NCBI GenBank assembly: GCA_963845185.1
Contig: CAWJRG010000011.1
Coordinates: 96,001 to 160,000 of the forward strand
DNA from: an uncultured bacterium
GTDB lineage: Bacteria; Oederibacteriota; PGYV01; CAWJRG01
Direction: 5' to 3'
DNA: 64,000 nucleotides
The first letter of the stretch is position 1. Every line of letters starts with the position of its first letter. Of this stretch, positions 30,053-39,660 are shown piece after piece. The notes beneath the pieces are model-generated. The model saw only the letters and a program-made list of their open reading frames with translations, ran no database searches and was not told where the DNA came from. Position numbers and translations under genes: made by a program.

Positions 30053-31666
30053 GAGTCTGTCTCAAAACTCTTTTAAACGCCTTGCATTGCCTACACTTAT
30101 CGCGTTTTTTAGCCCCTATCTTTATTATTTCTCTTCTTTTCGATTTGTGGTTCTTTTCTTGTCAGGTTGCGAACCTTAATTTAACCTTACCTTCCCTCCA
30201 CAAGGCATACATTGTCTTTATGTTATGGGCGGCGCATATAAAAGACCATTGTGTTTTTACGCTTTCGATTCCTCTAACACTAAATCTTGTAAAACCAAGT
30301 ACGTTTTTTATACGTCCCAATAATGGCTCAACTATTGTTTTTCTCTTTCGAAGCTGTTCTTTCCAGTTATTGACCCTAGCTTCTTCTCTGTATATTGACA
30401 CTATCTCCTCATACTCATGCTTATTTGCTTCTATTATCCTTCCGGATTTTACCTTGCTGCATTCGTATTTATAAATACAATCCCTATGATCCCCGCATCG
30501 GTATATCATTGTCTCTTTTCCGTTTTTCTTCTTCCTTATACTGGTATATTCAAGCCTGCCATTTTTAGGACATACATATTCGTTTTTTTCTTTGTCGTAT
30601 TTAAAATGCGCTTTGCCATACGGCCTATCGCTGTCATCCTCCGGCAAGTTAACAATTATATTCCTTTTTTCTTCTTTGGCTTTTGCCAGTTCTTCCGGTG
30701 AATAATACCCTCCATCCGCAAGCGTTACTCCTGATTTTTGTCCGGTATTCGACTCTGCTTTTTCTATCATATCATTCAGCATGTGAGCATCCGATTCCTT
30801 GTTTGTCACATTCTCTGCCACAATTATCTGTTTCTTTGCGTCCACAACAACCTGTGAGTTATATGCCTGTTGCAGTCCTTTACCTCTTGTCATCATGAAC
30901 CGGCTGTCTCTATCTGTGGGGTTTTCAGTTGTTTTTCCTTCACTTTTCATACGTTCTATATGTTCTCTTATTACCTGACGCAGTTTCTCCTTTTCCTGCA
31001 ATTCTTTTGGCATTCCGCACTTACTTTTGCCCTCTTCATCGTCTTGTTCGTCATTTTTCTCAATTTCCACCATTATTTTGTCTATTTCTCTGTCTAATTC
31101 TTGTATTTTTTTATTCATGTCTTTTATTGTTTTGGTCTTTTCCTTATTTACATCTGCCTGTATTTTTGTGCCGTCCACGGCTTGAATTTCAAAACCAACC
31201 AAATTGTTGTTTGTTGCCACACGCACCGTCTCCTTCAGTAAAACCCTTATCTGCTCTTTATTTCCTTTAAAAAATCTCCATAGCGTATTATGGTCGGGAT
31301 GATTATTCCCGGTTATCCATATCATCCCCATTGAATCGTAAGTCATTTTTTCAACTTTTCTGCTGCTCTTTTTTCCTTCCAGTATGCCGTACATCCATGC
31401 CCCAAGTAAAAGATCTACAAAATATCCCGGTCTTCCGGTTTCTTCTTCCATTTTAAAACCCATCTCTTCAAGCGGTAATTCTTCTACGAATTCTACGACA
31501 AATCGAGCTAAATGATCTTTTGAAACCCAATCTTCTATTGCCGGTGGCAGTAGATACATTTGATTTCTATCGGCTCTTATCGTTGGCATTTGGTTTCTCC
31601 TTCGCTAAATTTTGAAACCATTATACCATTTATGTCAAAGAATTAAGAGGCTTTTGAGACAGACTC
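30053..31666 (-). mobile_element. IS1182-family insertion sequence, about 1.6 kb, intact
   Basis: Perfect 15-bp terminal IRs gagtctgtctcaaaa / ttttgagacagactc; flanking CATG direct repeat (or CCATGG if the IR is 1 bp shorter); single transposase. Confidence 0.93.
30162..31589 (-). CDS. IS1182-family DDE transposase
   Basis: DRNQ..LLPP.IEDW...HLARF, SSRKVE, PDHNT, AVDGTKI.A, ADGGY, RK.IVEP..G.IK. Confidence 0.95.
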   Translation of the reverse strand: MPTIRADRNQMYLLPPAIEDWVSKDHLARFVVEFVEELPLEEMGFKMEEETGRPGYFVDLLLGAWMYGILEGKKSSRKVEKMTYDSMGMIWITGNNHPDHNTLWRFFKGNKEQIRVLLKETVRVATNNNLVGFEIQAVDGTKIQADVNKEKTKTIKDMNKKIQELDREIDKIMVEIEKNDEQDDEEGKSKCGMPKELQEKEKLRQVIREHIERMKSEGKTTENPTDRDSRFMMTRGKGLQQAYNSQVVVDAKKQIIVAENVTNKESDAHMLNDMIEKAESNTGQKSGVTLADGGYYSPEELAKAKEEKRNIIVNLPEDDSDRPYGKAHFKYDKEKNEYVCPKNGRLEYTSIRKKKNGKETMIYRCGDHRDCIYKYECSKVKSGRIIEANKHEYEEIVSIYREEARVNNWKEQLRKRKTIVEPLLGRIKNVLGFTRFSVRGIESVKTQWSFICAAHNIKTMYALWREGKVKLRFAT

Positions 31667-31682
31667 CATGGCGTGTCTCTAC
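31667..31682. repeat. target duplication plus right half of REP-like palindrome
   Basis: catg-gcgtgtctctac. Confidence 0.88.
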
Positions 31683-31692
31683 CTTAATTTCA

Positions 31693-33115
31693 TTACATAA
31701 AAAGCTTCTGGGAAATCTCCATGGTTAAATTCACAAAATAAAAAGGAAAAATTCCTATTAAAATTATGCCCGCTATTGTCAAAAGCAATGCAAGCCTCAA
31801 GGCAACAGGCAGCTTTATCTTCGGGTATTCTTTTGTCCTGTCGAAAATGTACATTTGCTTGAGCACAAGCAGATAATAATAAAGCGATATTGTGCTGTTC
31901 AGCGCGCCGGCTATGACAAGCCACAAATACCCTTTCTGCATTGCGGCGTAAAAAAGGTAAAATTTCCCGACAAAGCCGGCCAAAGGAGGTATTCCCGCAA
32001 GCGACAGCAGGGCCAGCAAAAACGTCAGCGCGAGCAGCGGTTCCCTCTGCGCCAGGCCGGCGTAGTCCTCAAGTTCGTCTGAGCCTGTAACATTTGAAAA
32101 TCCTATAATGACGGCAAACGCTGCCATATTTGTCACGGTATAGGCAATCAGGTAAAACAAAACCGAGCTCATGCCTGTTACTGACGCTCCCACAAATCCC
32201 ACGAGTATATACCCTGCCTGCGAAATCGTCGAGTATGCGAGCAACCTCTTGACATTTTTCTGGTGAATGGCTACCAGATTGCCCAGTGTCATTGTCAAAA
32301 AAGCAAGTATTGATACTATCGGTACCCAGACAAAAGTAAATTTAACAAAGGTGTAGCCGAGCACGCGCAAAGCGAATACAAAACCGGCTGCCTTTGATGC
32401 TACGGATATAAATGCAGTAATGGCCGTGGGCGCTCCCTGATAAACGTCCGGCGTCCACACGTGCATCGGCACCATTGAAAGCTTGAACCCTATTCCGAGC
32501 AGCATCATTATCACGCCCGTTACGAACAATGCGTTTGACCCGTTTGTTCCGGTAAATGACTGGATGCGCGCTAGCGACGTCGTGCCCGCGGCCGCGTAAA
32601 CAAGGCTGATGCCGTAAAGCAGTATCGCTGATGAAATCACGCCGAGTATAAGGTACTTGATCCCGCCTTCGAGCGACAGGTCGTCGTTCTTATAAATTGC
32701 AGTAAGCGCGTATAAGCTCACTGTTGTGGTCTCCAGCCCCACGTACATTGTTATTAATTCCTTTGAGGATACCAGCACCATCATGCCGAGCACGGATGAC
32801 AGCAGTATGGCATAATATGCGCCTAAATATTTTTGCTTTATTTTCAGCGAATTAAGCGAAAGCAGCCCGGTCAGAAACGCACCTGCTAAAATTATTATTT
32901 TTGCAGAGCCACGACAGGCCGTCATATACATACACACCCGAGAATAAAACCCCTTCCCTCCTGAAATACGCCACGAAACATAGGAGCAGGAATGTAAAAA
33001 GCACGTAAAAAGACCCGATTACGGCCTTTCTATCCCTGGTAATAAAATCAAGCAACAGTATAACCGCTATGGCGCCTGTGGTTGCTATTTCATCAGACAT
33101 CAGGAGATAACTCAA
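31693..33115 (-). CDS. nuoN: NADH-quinone oxidoreductase subunit N (apparent 1-nt frameshift near 32900)
   Basis: ORFs 32852-33115 and 31693-32937 join as ..LSWLCK-IIILAG.. if one A of the A5 run is removed; GFKLSMVPMHVWTPDVYQGAP, LAGIPPLAGF. Confidence 0.9.
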
Positions 33116-33116
33116 T

Positions 33117-34592
33117 TTACATGCCTCCCAGTCTGGCGGCTATTGGCATTACAGCCGAATATATTACGTTCATCATGTAAAACGGATAAAATCCCACGGT
33201 TATTATGAAAAACATCAGTATCGCGAGCGCGATAAATTCCACGTTATTTGCATCGGTTAAGTGTTCATGGTGCGGGTCTGATATCTTGCCGTAAAAAATC
33301 ATTTGTATAACGCGTAAAACGTAAAAAGCCGTTATTACTATTCCTGTAACACATATGATTGCTATCACCGGGTTATATTTAAAAGCGCCTACAAATACAA
33401 GCAGTTCCGCGACAAAACCCGACATCCCTGGCAAGCCGAGCGAGCACAGGCCAGTAAGTACAAAAAACGCTGCCAATTTGGGCATCCTCTTTGCCAGGCC
33501 CGACATTTCATTTATCATCCTTGTATGCGACCTGCCGTAAACCATGCCTACGAGGCCGAAGAAAAGCCCGGTCATTACGCCGTGCGAGAACATCTGCAGC
33601 ACGGCCCCCGATATGGCCGTCGCGTTCCTTGAGGCTATGCCGAGCAGCACTATTCCCATGTGGCTCACGCTTGAATAAGCCACTATGTATTTTAAGTCCT
33701 TTTGAGCGGTCGCGCCCAAAGAGCCGTAAACGATATTGACAATGGTCAGCAAAGCCACAACAGGCAGCCAGAACTTTGCTCCCTCAGGCAGCAGGAAAAC
33801 AGCCACTACAAGGCATCCGTATGCGCCGAGTTTCATAAGCACGCCTGCGTGCAGCATGGAGACCGCAGTAGGCGCAGATGCATGTCCGTCCGGCGACCAT
33901 GTGTGAAACGGCCACAGCGCTGCCAGAATGCCGAACCCTAGGAAAAGTATTGGGAAAAATATTTTCTGGAAAACCGGGTCAAATGAGACTTTTGAAAGCA
34001 CGTCGAAATCAAAAGTATTCAGGCCGGAACCGAAATATAACCCCAGTATGCCGGCGAGTATAAGAGCACTGCCCACCATGAGGTAAAGCGTAAGTTTCAT
34101 TGCCGAGTATTCCTTTTTGCCTGTCCCCCATATGCCTATCAAAAGGTACATTGGCAAAACAGCGACTTCATAAAACAAAAAGAACAGGAATAGGTTATAA
34201 GCCATGAAAACACCGAACACGCCAGTCACGAGCGTAAGCAAAAACGCGAAAAACTCTTTTGGCCTGTACGAGACATCCCATGACGCGAGCACTCCTGCCA
34301 CTATTATTATGCCTGTCAAAAGCACCAGGGTTATATTTATGCCGTTTACAGCCATGAAATAATTGATGCCTATAGCCGGTATCCAGCTCATGCGCTCGAC
34401 AAACTGAAGCCCGCCCGCCTTGTAATCATAGGAAAAAAACAGGAGAATGGAGAGTATCAAGGCAATCGAAGTCAGGCCGAGCGCCACGAATTTAACTGCC
34501 TTATCGTACTTTTCAGGTATAAAAAGTATTATTATAAGCGCGAGCAAAGGCATGCAGAATATTGTAGTAAGTATCGGGAAAGGAAAATGCAT
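33117..34592 (-). CDS. nuoM: NADH-quinone oxidoreductase subunit M
   Basis: PFHTWSPDGHASAP, MKLGAYG, AYSSVSHMG. Confidence 0.95.
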   Translation of the reverse strand: MHFPFPILTTIFCMPLLALIIILFIPEKYDKAVKFVALGLTSIALILSILLFFSYDYKAGGLQFVERMSWIPAIGINYFMAVNGINITLVLLTGIIIVAGVLASWDVSYRPKEFFAFLLTLVTGVFGVFMAYNLFLFFLFYEVAVLPMYLLIGIWGTGKKEYSAMKLTLYLMVGSALILAGILGLYFGSGLNTFDFDVLSKVSFDPVFQKIFFPILFLGFGILAALWPFHTWSPDGHASAPTAVSMLHAGVLMKLGAYGCLVVAVFLLPEGAKFWLPVVALLTIVNIVYGSLGATAQKDLKYIVAYSSVSHMGIVLLGIASRNATAISGAVLQMFSHGVMTGLFFGLVGMVYGRSHTRMINEMSGLAKRMPKLAAFFVLTGLCSLGLPGMSGFVAELLVFVGAFKYNPVIAIICVTGIVITAFYVLRVIQMIFYGKISDPHHEHLTDANNVEFIALAILMFFIITVGFYPFYMMNVIYSAVMPIAARLGGM

Positions 34593-36491
34593 TTACCTGC
34601 CTCCGAATATCTTTAGGGCTTCGGGATTGTAAATCGCGAAAACCAGTATTACTATAACGGCACCGCTGAAAATTATAAGCGCGTAATTTTGCACTTTGCC
34701 GGATACCGTAAGTTTTAGCTTCGAACCCGACCACCTGCATAAGAACGCCACCAGGTTTACCGCTCCGTCAACTATGTGCCTGTCGAACCACGCTATTACT
34801 TTTGTAACTGCCAGGAATGTATATTTTATTACAAAAAGGTAAATCTCATCTATGAAGAATTTGCGTTTGGACAGCACATAAAGCGGCCCTGTTATTTTTT
34901 TCATTGTCTCTGCCTTGATTATTTTAAGGAAATAAATTATAAAAGCCAGGAATATGCCCGCAAGGGCCGCAGCATTTGATGTAACGGCTATTTTCATGTT
35001 AAACTCTGTCGCCTGCGGTGACTCACCCAGGTAAAGAAAATTATAAATGCTCACCTGTTTACCCGGTATGCCTATAAACCCGGCGAATATAGAAAGCAGG
35101 GCAAGTATGACGAGGGGTATTGTCATGACTGGAGGCGATTCGTGACCGTGGCCTTCATCGTTTCCCTTGCCTGTAAAAGTCACAAAAAACAGCCTGAACA
35201 TGTAAAAAGCTGTCATAAACGCTGTGATAAGAGCCGAATAATAAAGCATTTTGTGCCCGCTCTCCTGCGCCGCTACGAGTATTTCATCCTTGCTCCAGAA
35301 CCCGGACAATGGGAAAATGCCTGCTATGGCAAACGCTGCTATTAAGAATGTAGCTGCCGTGATAGGCATCTTTTTGCCCAGTCCGCCCATTTTCCATATA
35401 TCGTTTGTCGCGACTGAGTGTATTACGCTGCCCGCGCAAAGGAACAGCAAAGCCTTAAAAGCCGCGTGCGTAGTAAGGTGAAACATGCCTGTCGTATATC
35501 CTCCTACGCCGAGCGCGAGCATCATATACCCGAGTTGGCTCAGCGTGGAATAGGCCAGTACGCGTTTTATATCATCCTGCGTTAGCGCTATGCTCGCCGA
35601 GAATATTGCTGTAAAAGCTCCAAGGTACGCTATTACAAGCATTGCTTCGTGGCTTGACGCGAATATTCCGAATAACCTTGCCACCATAAAAACCCCGGCT
35701 GCGACCATGGTTGCCGCATGAATCAGGGCAGATACGGGAGTGGGGCCTTCCATTGCGTCCGGCAGCCAAACGTGCAGCGGGAACTGCCCGCTTTTGCCCA
35801 TGGCTCCGGAAAACAGTAAAAGCGCGATTATCATCATCATTTTGGGCGTTATGCTCCCCGACGCTACGCCTGCTTTCACGAAATCTTCCGCTTCGTGAAA
35901 GTTAAAGGTCTTAGCCAGATAGCTTAATATTAATATGCCGATTAAAAACCCAAAATCCCCAAAGCGGGTCACGACAAACGCCTTTTTGGCCGCGTCGCTG
36001 GCCTCGGGTTTTTCATACCAGAAACCGATTAAAAGGTACGAGCATAATCCCACGAGTTCCCAGAAAATATAAATCTGTATGAAGTTGTTCGCGAGCACCA
36101 GGCCAAGCATTGAAAAGGAAAAAAGAGATATAAAAGCGAAAAATTTCGGGTATGTCCTGTCCCCGTGCATGTATCCGACTGAATATATCTGCACCAGCAA
36201 GCTCACCGTGGTAACAACCATGAGCATTATTCCGGTCAGCGGGTTTATCAGTATGCCAATATTCCAGTTTATATTGCCAATGTGGAGCCACGGAATATTG
36301 TATTCAAACGACATTTTTACTGCCAGCAGGCTGTACAGGATAAAGCAAGAAAACAAAAACGACAGGCCTATGCCGAGTATGGATATTGTGCTGCTAAGTA
36401 AGTTATATTTTTTAGTCAGCGCAACTATGATAAGGAATGCCGCAAACGGGCAAACCGGAATCAGCAATCCTGCCAAAACAATCGTGTTCAA
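34593..36491 (-). CDS. nuoL: NADH-quinone oxidoreductase subunit L
   Basis: GKSGQFPLHVWLPDAMEGPTPVSALIHAATMV; TTG start. Confidence 0.97.
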   Translation of the reverse strand: MNTIVLAGLLIPVCPFAAFLIIVALTKKYNLLSSTISILGIGLSFLFSCFILYSLLAVKMSFEYNIPWLHIGNINWNIGILINPLTGIMLMVVTTVSLLVQIYSVGYMHGDRTYPKFFAFISLFSFSMLGLVLANNFIQIYIFWELVGLCSYLLIGFWYEKPEASDAAKKAFVVTRFGDFGFLIGILILSYLAKTFNFHEAEDFVKAGVASGSITPKMMMIIALLLFSGAMGKSGQFPLHVWLPDAMEGPTPVSALIHAATMVAAGVFMVARLFGIFASSHEAMLVIAYLGAFTAIFSASIALTQDDIKRVLAYSTLSQLGYMMLALGVGGYTTGMFHLTTHAAFKALLFLCAGSVIHSVATNDIWKMGGLGKKMPITAATFLIAAFAIAGIFPLSGFWSKDEILVAAQESGHKMLYYSALITAFMTAFYMFRLFFVTFTGKGNDEGHGHESPPVMTIPLVILALLSIFAGFIGIPGKQVSIYNFLYLGESPQATEFNMKIAVTSNAAALAGIFLAFIIYFLKIIKAETMKKITGPLYVLSKRKFFIDEIYLFVIKYTFLAVTKVIAWFDRHIVDGAVNLVAFLCRWSGSKLKLTVSGKVQNYALIIFSGAVIVILVFAIYNPEALKIFGGR

Positions 36492-36505
36492 ATTCTGTTC
36501 TCCTT

Positions 36506-36608
36506 AGATTTCGTTTACTTTGCCAAGCCGTCAACAGGTGCAGGCAAAGTATTACGAAATCTTGTACCCGCTCAAGTCCGAGGCCGCCAGGCCGAGGACA
36601 AGCGGTGC
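36506..36608. repeat. copy B of the intergenic two-hairpin structured element (nuoK-nuoL)
   Basis: Stems agatttcgt/acgaaatct, tactttgcc/ggcaaagta, gtcc/ggac, ggcc/ggcc; core shared with copies A and C. Confidence 0.88.
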
Positions 36609-36659
36609 TTATTATTATTCAGTTTTTCAATCTAAGATCAAAAATCTAAAATGCACTAC

Positions 36660-36971
36660 TCAGTATTTCATAAGATTCATTTCATCCGCATGAATCTTCA
36701 TTCTTTTCCTGTAAATCGCGAGTATTATCGCAAGCCCCAGAACGCTTTCCGCCGCTGCCACGGTTATAATGAAAATTGCGAATATCTGGCCCGGTATTTC
36801 GTTCGGAGTGATATATTTCGACACGGCAACCATGTTTATATTTACCGCGTTTAATAGGAGCTCGGTTGACATGAGTATGCCAATGGCGTTTCTCCTTGTC
36901 AGCACTCCGAATATTCCTACGGCAAAAAGTATTGCCGACAGTATTATGTAATGCGTGAGCGTGATTGTCAT
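36660..36971 (-). CDS. nuoK: NADH-quinone oxidoreductase subunit K
   Basis: RRNAIGILMSTELLLNAVN..VAAAE..GLA. Confidence 0.97.
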   Translation of the reverse strand: MTITLTHYIILSAILFAVGIFGVLTRRNAIGILMSTELLLNAVNINMVAVSKYITPNEIPGQIFAIFIITVAAAESVLGLAIILAIYRKRMKIHADEMNLMKY

Positions 36972-37477
36972 TTTACGCCCTCCTTGTCTTTTGCCACTAT
37001 TACTATCGCTCCTATAAGAGCGGCAAGCAGTAGGACCGACGCAAGTTCAAAAGCCGGCATATAATCAGTAAGAAGCAGCCTGCCTATCTGGGCAGTGTCG
37101 TTTAGCGGCTGGTTCGGCGGCGCTGTTATTGCCAAGTATTTTGTCTTCATAAGCGCGAGTATTATAAGCGTTGCACCAAGTCCTGCAGTGAGTAATGCCG
37201 GTAAAATCTGCTTGTTGATAAGCGGCACTGGCTCGCCCAGGATTTCCTTTGTAAGGTTGATGACAAATATTGTAAGCACTACAACCGCTCCTATGTAAAT
37301 AAGCACCTGTATCCCCGCTATAAAATACGCGTTTAAAAGCACGAATACCGCAGCCACGCCGAAAAGCGTAAGCGCGAGGTATAAAGCGCTGTGAAAAATG
37401 TTTTTTGACGTTACCATCAAAAACGCGCTCAGTAGTATTATCGCCGAGAACGCGTAAAACAGTACTGCTTCAGTCAT
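36968..37477 (-). CDS. nuoJ: NADH-quinone oxidoreductase subunit J
   Basis: QVLIYIGAVVVL..FELASVLLL. Confidence 0.95.
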   Translation of the reverse strand: MTEAVLFYAFSAIILLSAFLMVTSKNIFHSALYLALTLFGVAAVFVLLNAYFIAGIQVLIYIGAVVVLTIFVINLTKEILGEPVPLINKQILPALLTAGLGATLIILALMKTKYLAITAPPNQPLNDTAQIGRLLLTDYMPAFELASVLLLAALIGAIVIVAKDKEGVK

Positions 37478-37480
37478 GCT

Positions 37481-37972
37481 TTACTCCGTTTCTTCTTTAA
37501 ATTTTGTCTTCCACCAATTTGCTTTTTTGCCCTGCAGGCCGTACTTTTCCGACACAAGTTCAAGCATAAGGCCTGATTTGTCCGGTGTGGCAAGTTCGTA
37601 CTCGTCGGACATTACTATGGCAAAAAACGGACACGATTCCACGCATAAATTGCAGAACATGCAGGTGGCCATATTGTACATGAACTTTGCCGCCTTTGGC
37701 TTTGGCTTGCCGGTCTCGTCCACGATTTTCTCCACTTCAAGCGACCTGTTCGGGCATGCCTTCACGCAAATATTGCAGGCAGTGCACCTGTTGTCGTTTT
37801 TGTCCGGGTCAATCGGCATGACAAGCCTCCCCCTGAACCGGGTCGGCAGGTCCGGCTTTTCATCCGGGTACTGCATAGTATACGGCTTGACAAATAAATA
37901 CTTAAAAGTCACAGCCAGTCCCTCTGCCAGCGATATGATTCCCTTTATGATATCTGCTATATACTTGAACAT
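37481..37972 (-). CDS. nuoI: NADH-quinone oxidoreductase subunit I (2x[4Fe-4S])
   Basis: CTACNICVKACP, CMFCNLCVESCP. Confidence 0.96.
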   Translation of the reverse strand: MFKYIADIIKGIISLAEGLAVTFKYLFVKPYTMQYPDEKPDLPTRFRGRLVMPIDPDKNDNRCTACNICVKACPNRSLEVEKIVDETGKPKPKAAKFMYNMATCMFCNLCVESCPFFAIVMSDEYELATPDKSGLMLELVSEKYGLQGKKANWWKTKFKEETE

Positions 37973-37981
37973 GTCAACTCC

Positions 37982-38061
37982 ATAAGTTTAATGTTTCCTG
38001 TTTAAGGTTTGAAGTTAAACTGCTCTTTCTTTCAACTTTGAACATTGAACTTTAAACCTTA
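37982..38061. repeat. inverted 7-bp tandem array with no enclosed gene (nuoH-nuoI)
   Basis: (ataagtt taatgtt tcctgtt taaggtt tgaagtt) spacer (aactttg aacattg aacttta aacctta). Confidence 0.8.
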
Positions 38062-39123
38062 AACTATTTTTATAACTACTGCCGTCACTATCAGGTTCAG
38101 CAGCGCAATCGGCAAAAGCACTTTCCACGCGAATTCCATAAGGTGATCAACCCTTATCCTCGGGAAAGTCCACCTGATCCACATGAGTATCGATACCACA
38201 AAATATGTCTTTATGAAAAACCATACAAACGGCGGCAAAAACGGCCCCTGCCATCCTCCAAGAAAAAGCGTCGTGGCAACAGCGGAAACCAGGAATATAT
38301 TTGTGTATTCAGCAAGGAAAAACATAGCGAACTTCATGCCGCTGTACTCTGTTATAAACCCTGACACAAGCTCAGACTCAGCTTCAGGCAGGTCAAAAGG
38401 AGCCCTGTTTATCTCGGCGTTTGACGCTATAAGGAACAAAATAAACCCAACGGGCTGGAATATTACAAACCATGTCTTTGACTGTGCCGCCACTATGTCT
38501 CCCATTTTCAATGAGCCTGCCATAAGTATGACGGACAGTACTATTAAAACAGAAGGTATTTCATAGCTGACTATCTGGGCCGCCGACCTCATCCCGCCTA
38601 TCAGCGAGTATTTGTTGTTTGACGCCCAGCCGCCGGCAAGTATACCTATAACGGAAAGTCCTGTTATGGCGAGTATATATAATACCCCGATATTCAAATC
38701 CGCGGCTATTATGCCCTTGCCAAATGGTATCACGAGGAAAACCGCGAAAGTTGCAAGCATGACTATAATAGGCGCTATTGTAAAAACATTCTTGTCGACT
38801 TTTGCAGGCACTATGTCTTCTTTTATAAGGAGCTTGATTGTATCCGCGACAAGCTGCAGCGAACCCTGCCATCCCACCCTGTTCGGGCCGTACCTGAGCT
38901 GCATCTTCGCCGACAGACGCCTTTCATAATATATGATCCACAGGGCGTTTAAAGCCAGGAAAACCACGACAATAACTGCGACCACGAGCTGTATTATAAT
39001 ATCAAGGATCACGCCTGGCAAATGCCAGCTGGCCCACAACGCATGCGACTGTGTGTAAATCCACGCCACAATCTTATCTGTATTGTAAAAAATGTCCTTT
39101 ACAACCTGCCAGAAATTCATCAA
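38059..39123 (-). CDS. nuoH: NADH-quinone oxidoreductase subunit H
   Basis: ERR....Q.RYGPNRVG, NRAPFDLPEAESELVSG. Confidence 0.98.
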   Translation of the reverse strand: MMNFWQVVKDIFYNTDKIVAWIYTQSHALWASWHLPGVILDIIIQLVVAVIVVVFLALNALWIIYYERRLSAKMQLRYGPNRVGWQGSLQLVADTIKLLIKEDIVPAKVDKNVFTIAPIIVMLATFAVFLVIPFGKGIIAADLNIGVLYILAITGLSVIGILAGGWASNNKYSLIGGMRSAAQIVSYEIPSVLIVLSVILMAGSLKMGDIVAAQSKTWFVIFQPVGFILFLIASNAEINRAPFDLPEAESELVSGFITEYSGMKFAMFFLAEYTNIFLVSAVATTLFLGGWQGPFLPPFVWFFIKTYFVVSILMWIRWTFPRIRVDHLMEFAWKVLLPIALLNLIVTAVVIKIV

Positions 39124-39130
39124 ATCTCCT

Positions 39131-39165
39131 TACAGTTTTCAGTTTACGGTTTACTATTTCCAGTC
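39131..39165. repeat. 7-bp tandem array at the 3' end of the four-helix-bundle gene
   Basis: tacagtt ttcagtt tacggtt tactatt tccagtc. Confidence 0.75.
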
Positions 39166-39566
39166 ACCTTTAAACTGTCTTTATACTTCGTTCCTTTAAA
39201 ATCCGTTCTATTTAAATACTTGATCAATCCATATATCATCGAGCTAACTTCGTCAGCTATTGAATACATTTCATCAAATTCCGTCTTAGTTATATAACTC
39301 TGGTCCAATGCAATATGTATCAGGTTTCTTACTTCGCCCGAAGAACCTTTTGCTATTGATAAAAATTGTTTAAACTCTTTGCTGCCGCCGCGTTCAAATC
39401 CTTCAGCTATGTTTGACATTATTGAATAGCTTGCCCTTTTAATCTGATCGCGTAAAGAAAAATCTTTATTAAAAGGCTCCTTAGCTATGACTTTATAAAT
39501 ATAATTATTTAAGTTTCTCGCCTTTTGCCAAGCTTCAATATCTTCAAATTTCTTAAAGCCTGCCAT
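39144..39566 (-). CDS. four-helix-bundle protein (23S rRNA IVS-protein / TIGR02436-like)
   Basis: FEDIEAWQKA..LRDQIKRA..SI.SNIAEGFERG..EF.QFL.IAKGS.GE. Confidence 0.93.
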   Translation of the reverse strand: MAGFKKFEDIEAWQKARNLNNYIYKVIAKEPFNKDFSLRDQIKRASYSIMSNIAEGFERGGSKEFKQFLSIAKGSSGEVRNLIHIALDQSYITKTEFDEMYSIADEVSSMIYGLIKYLNRTDFKGTKYKDSLKVTGNSKP

Positions 39567-39579
39567 ATTTACTCCTTAT

Positions 39580-39659
39580 AACTATTTCCTGTTTCCTGAT
39601 TAAAGTTCCCTGTTTAAAGTTTTCAACTGTAAACCTTAAACAGTAAACTCTAAACTGTT
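39580..39659. repeat. inverted 7-bp tandem array upstream of the four-helix-bundle gene
   Basis: (aactatt tcctgtt tcctgat taaagtt ccctgtt taaagtt) ttc (aactgta aacctta aacagta aactcta aactgtt). Confidence 0.82.
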
Positions 39660-39660
39660 T

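Noticed and set aside
32852..33115. Programmed frameshifting in nuoN or rarA
   Set aside because: No canonical slippery heptamer with a stimulatory structure; homopolymer errors are more parsimonious.
39144..39566. Diversity-generating retroelement, given the Avd-like fold
   Set aside because: No reverse transcriptase and no TR/VR pair with adenine-specific mismatches in the window; the DUF2723 repeat differs at only 3 synonymous sites.
37982..39659. CRISPR array
   Set aside because: Units are degenerate 7-mers without spacers; no cas genes.
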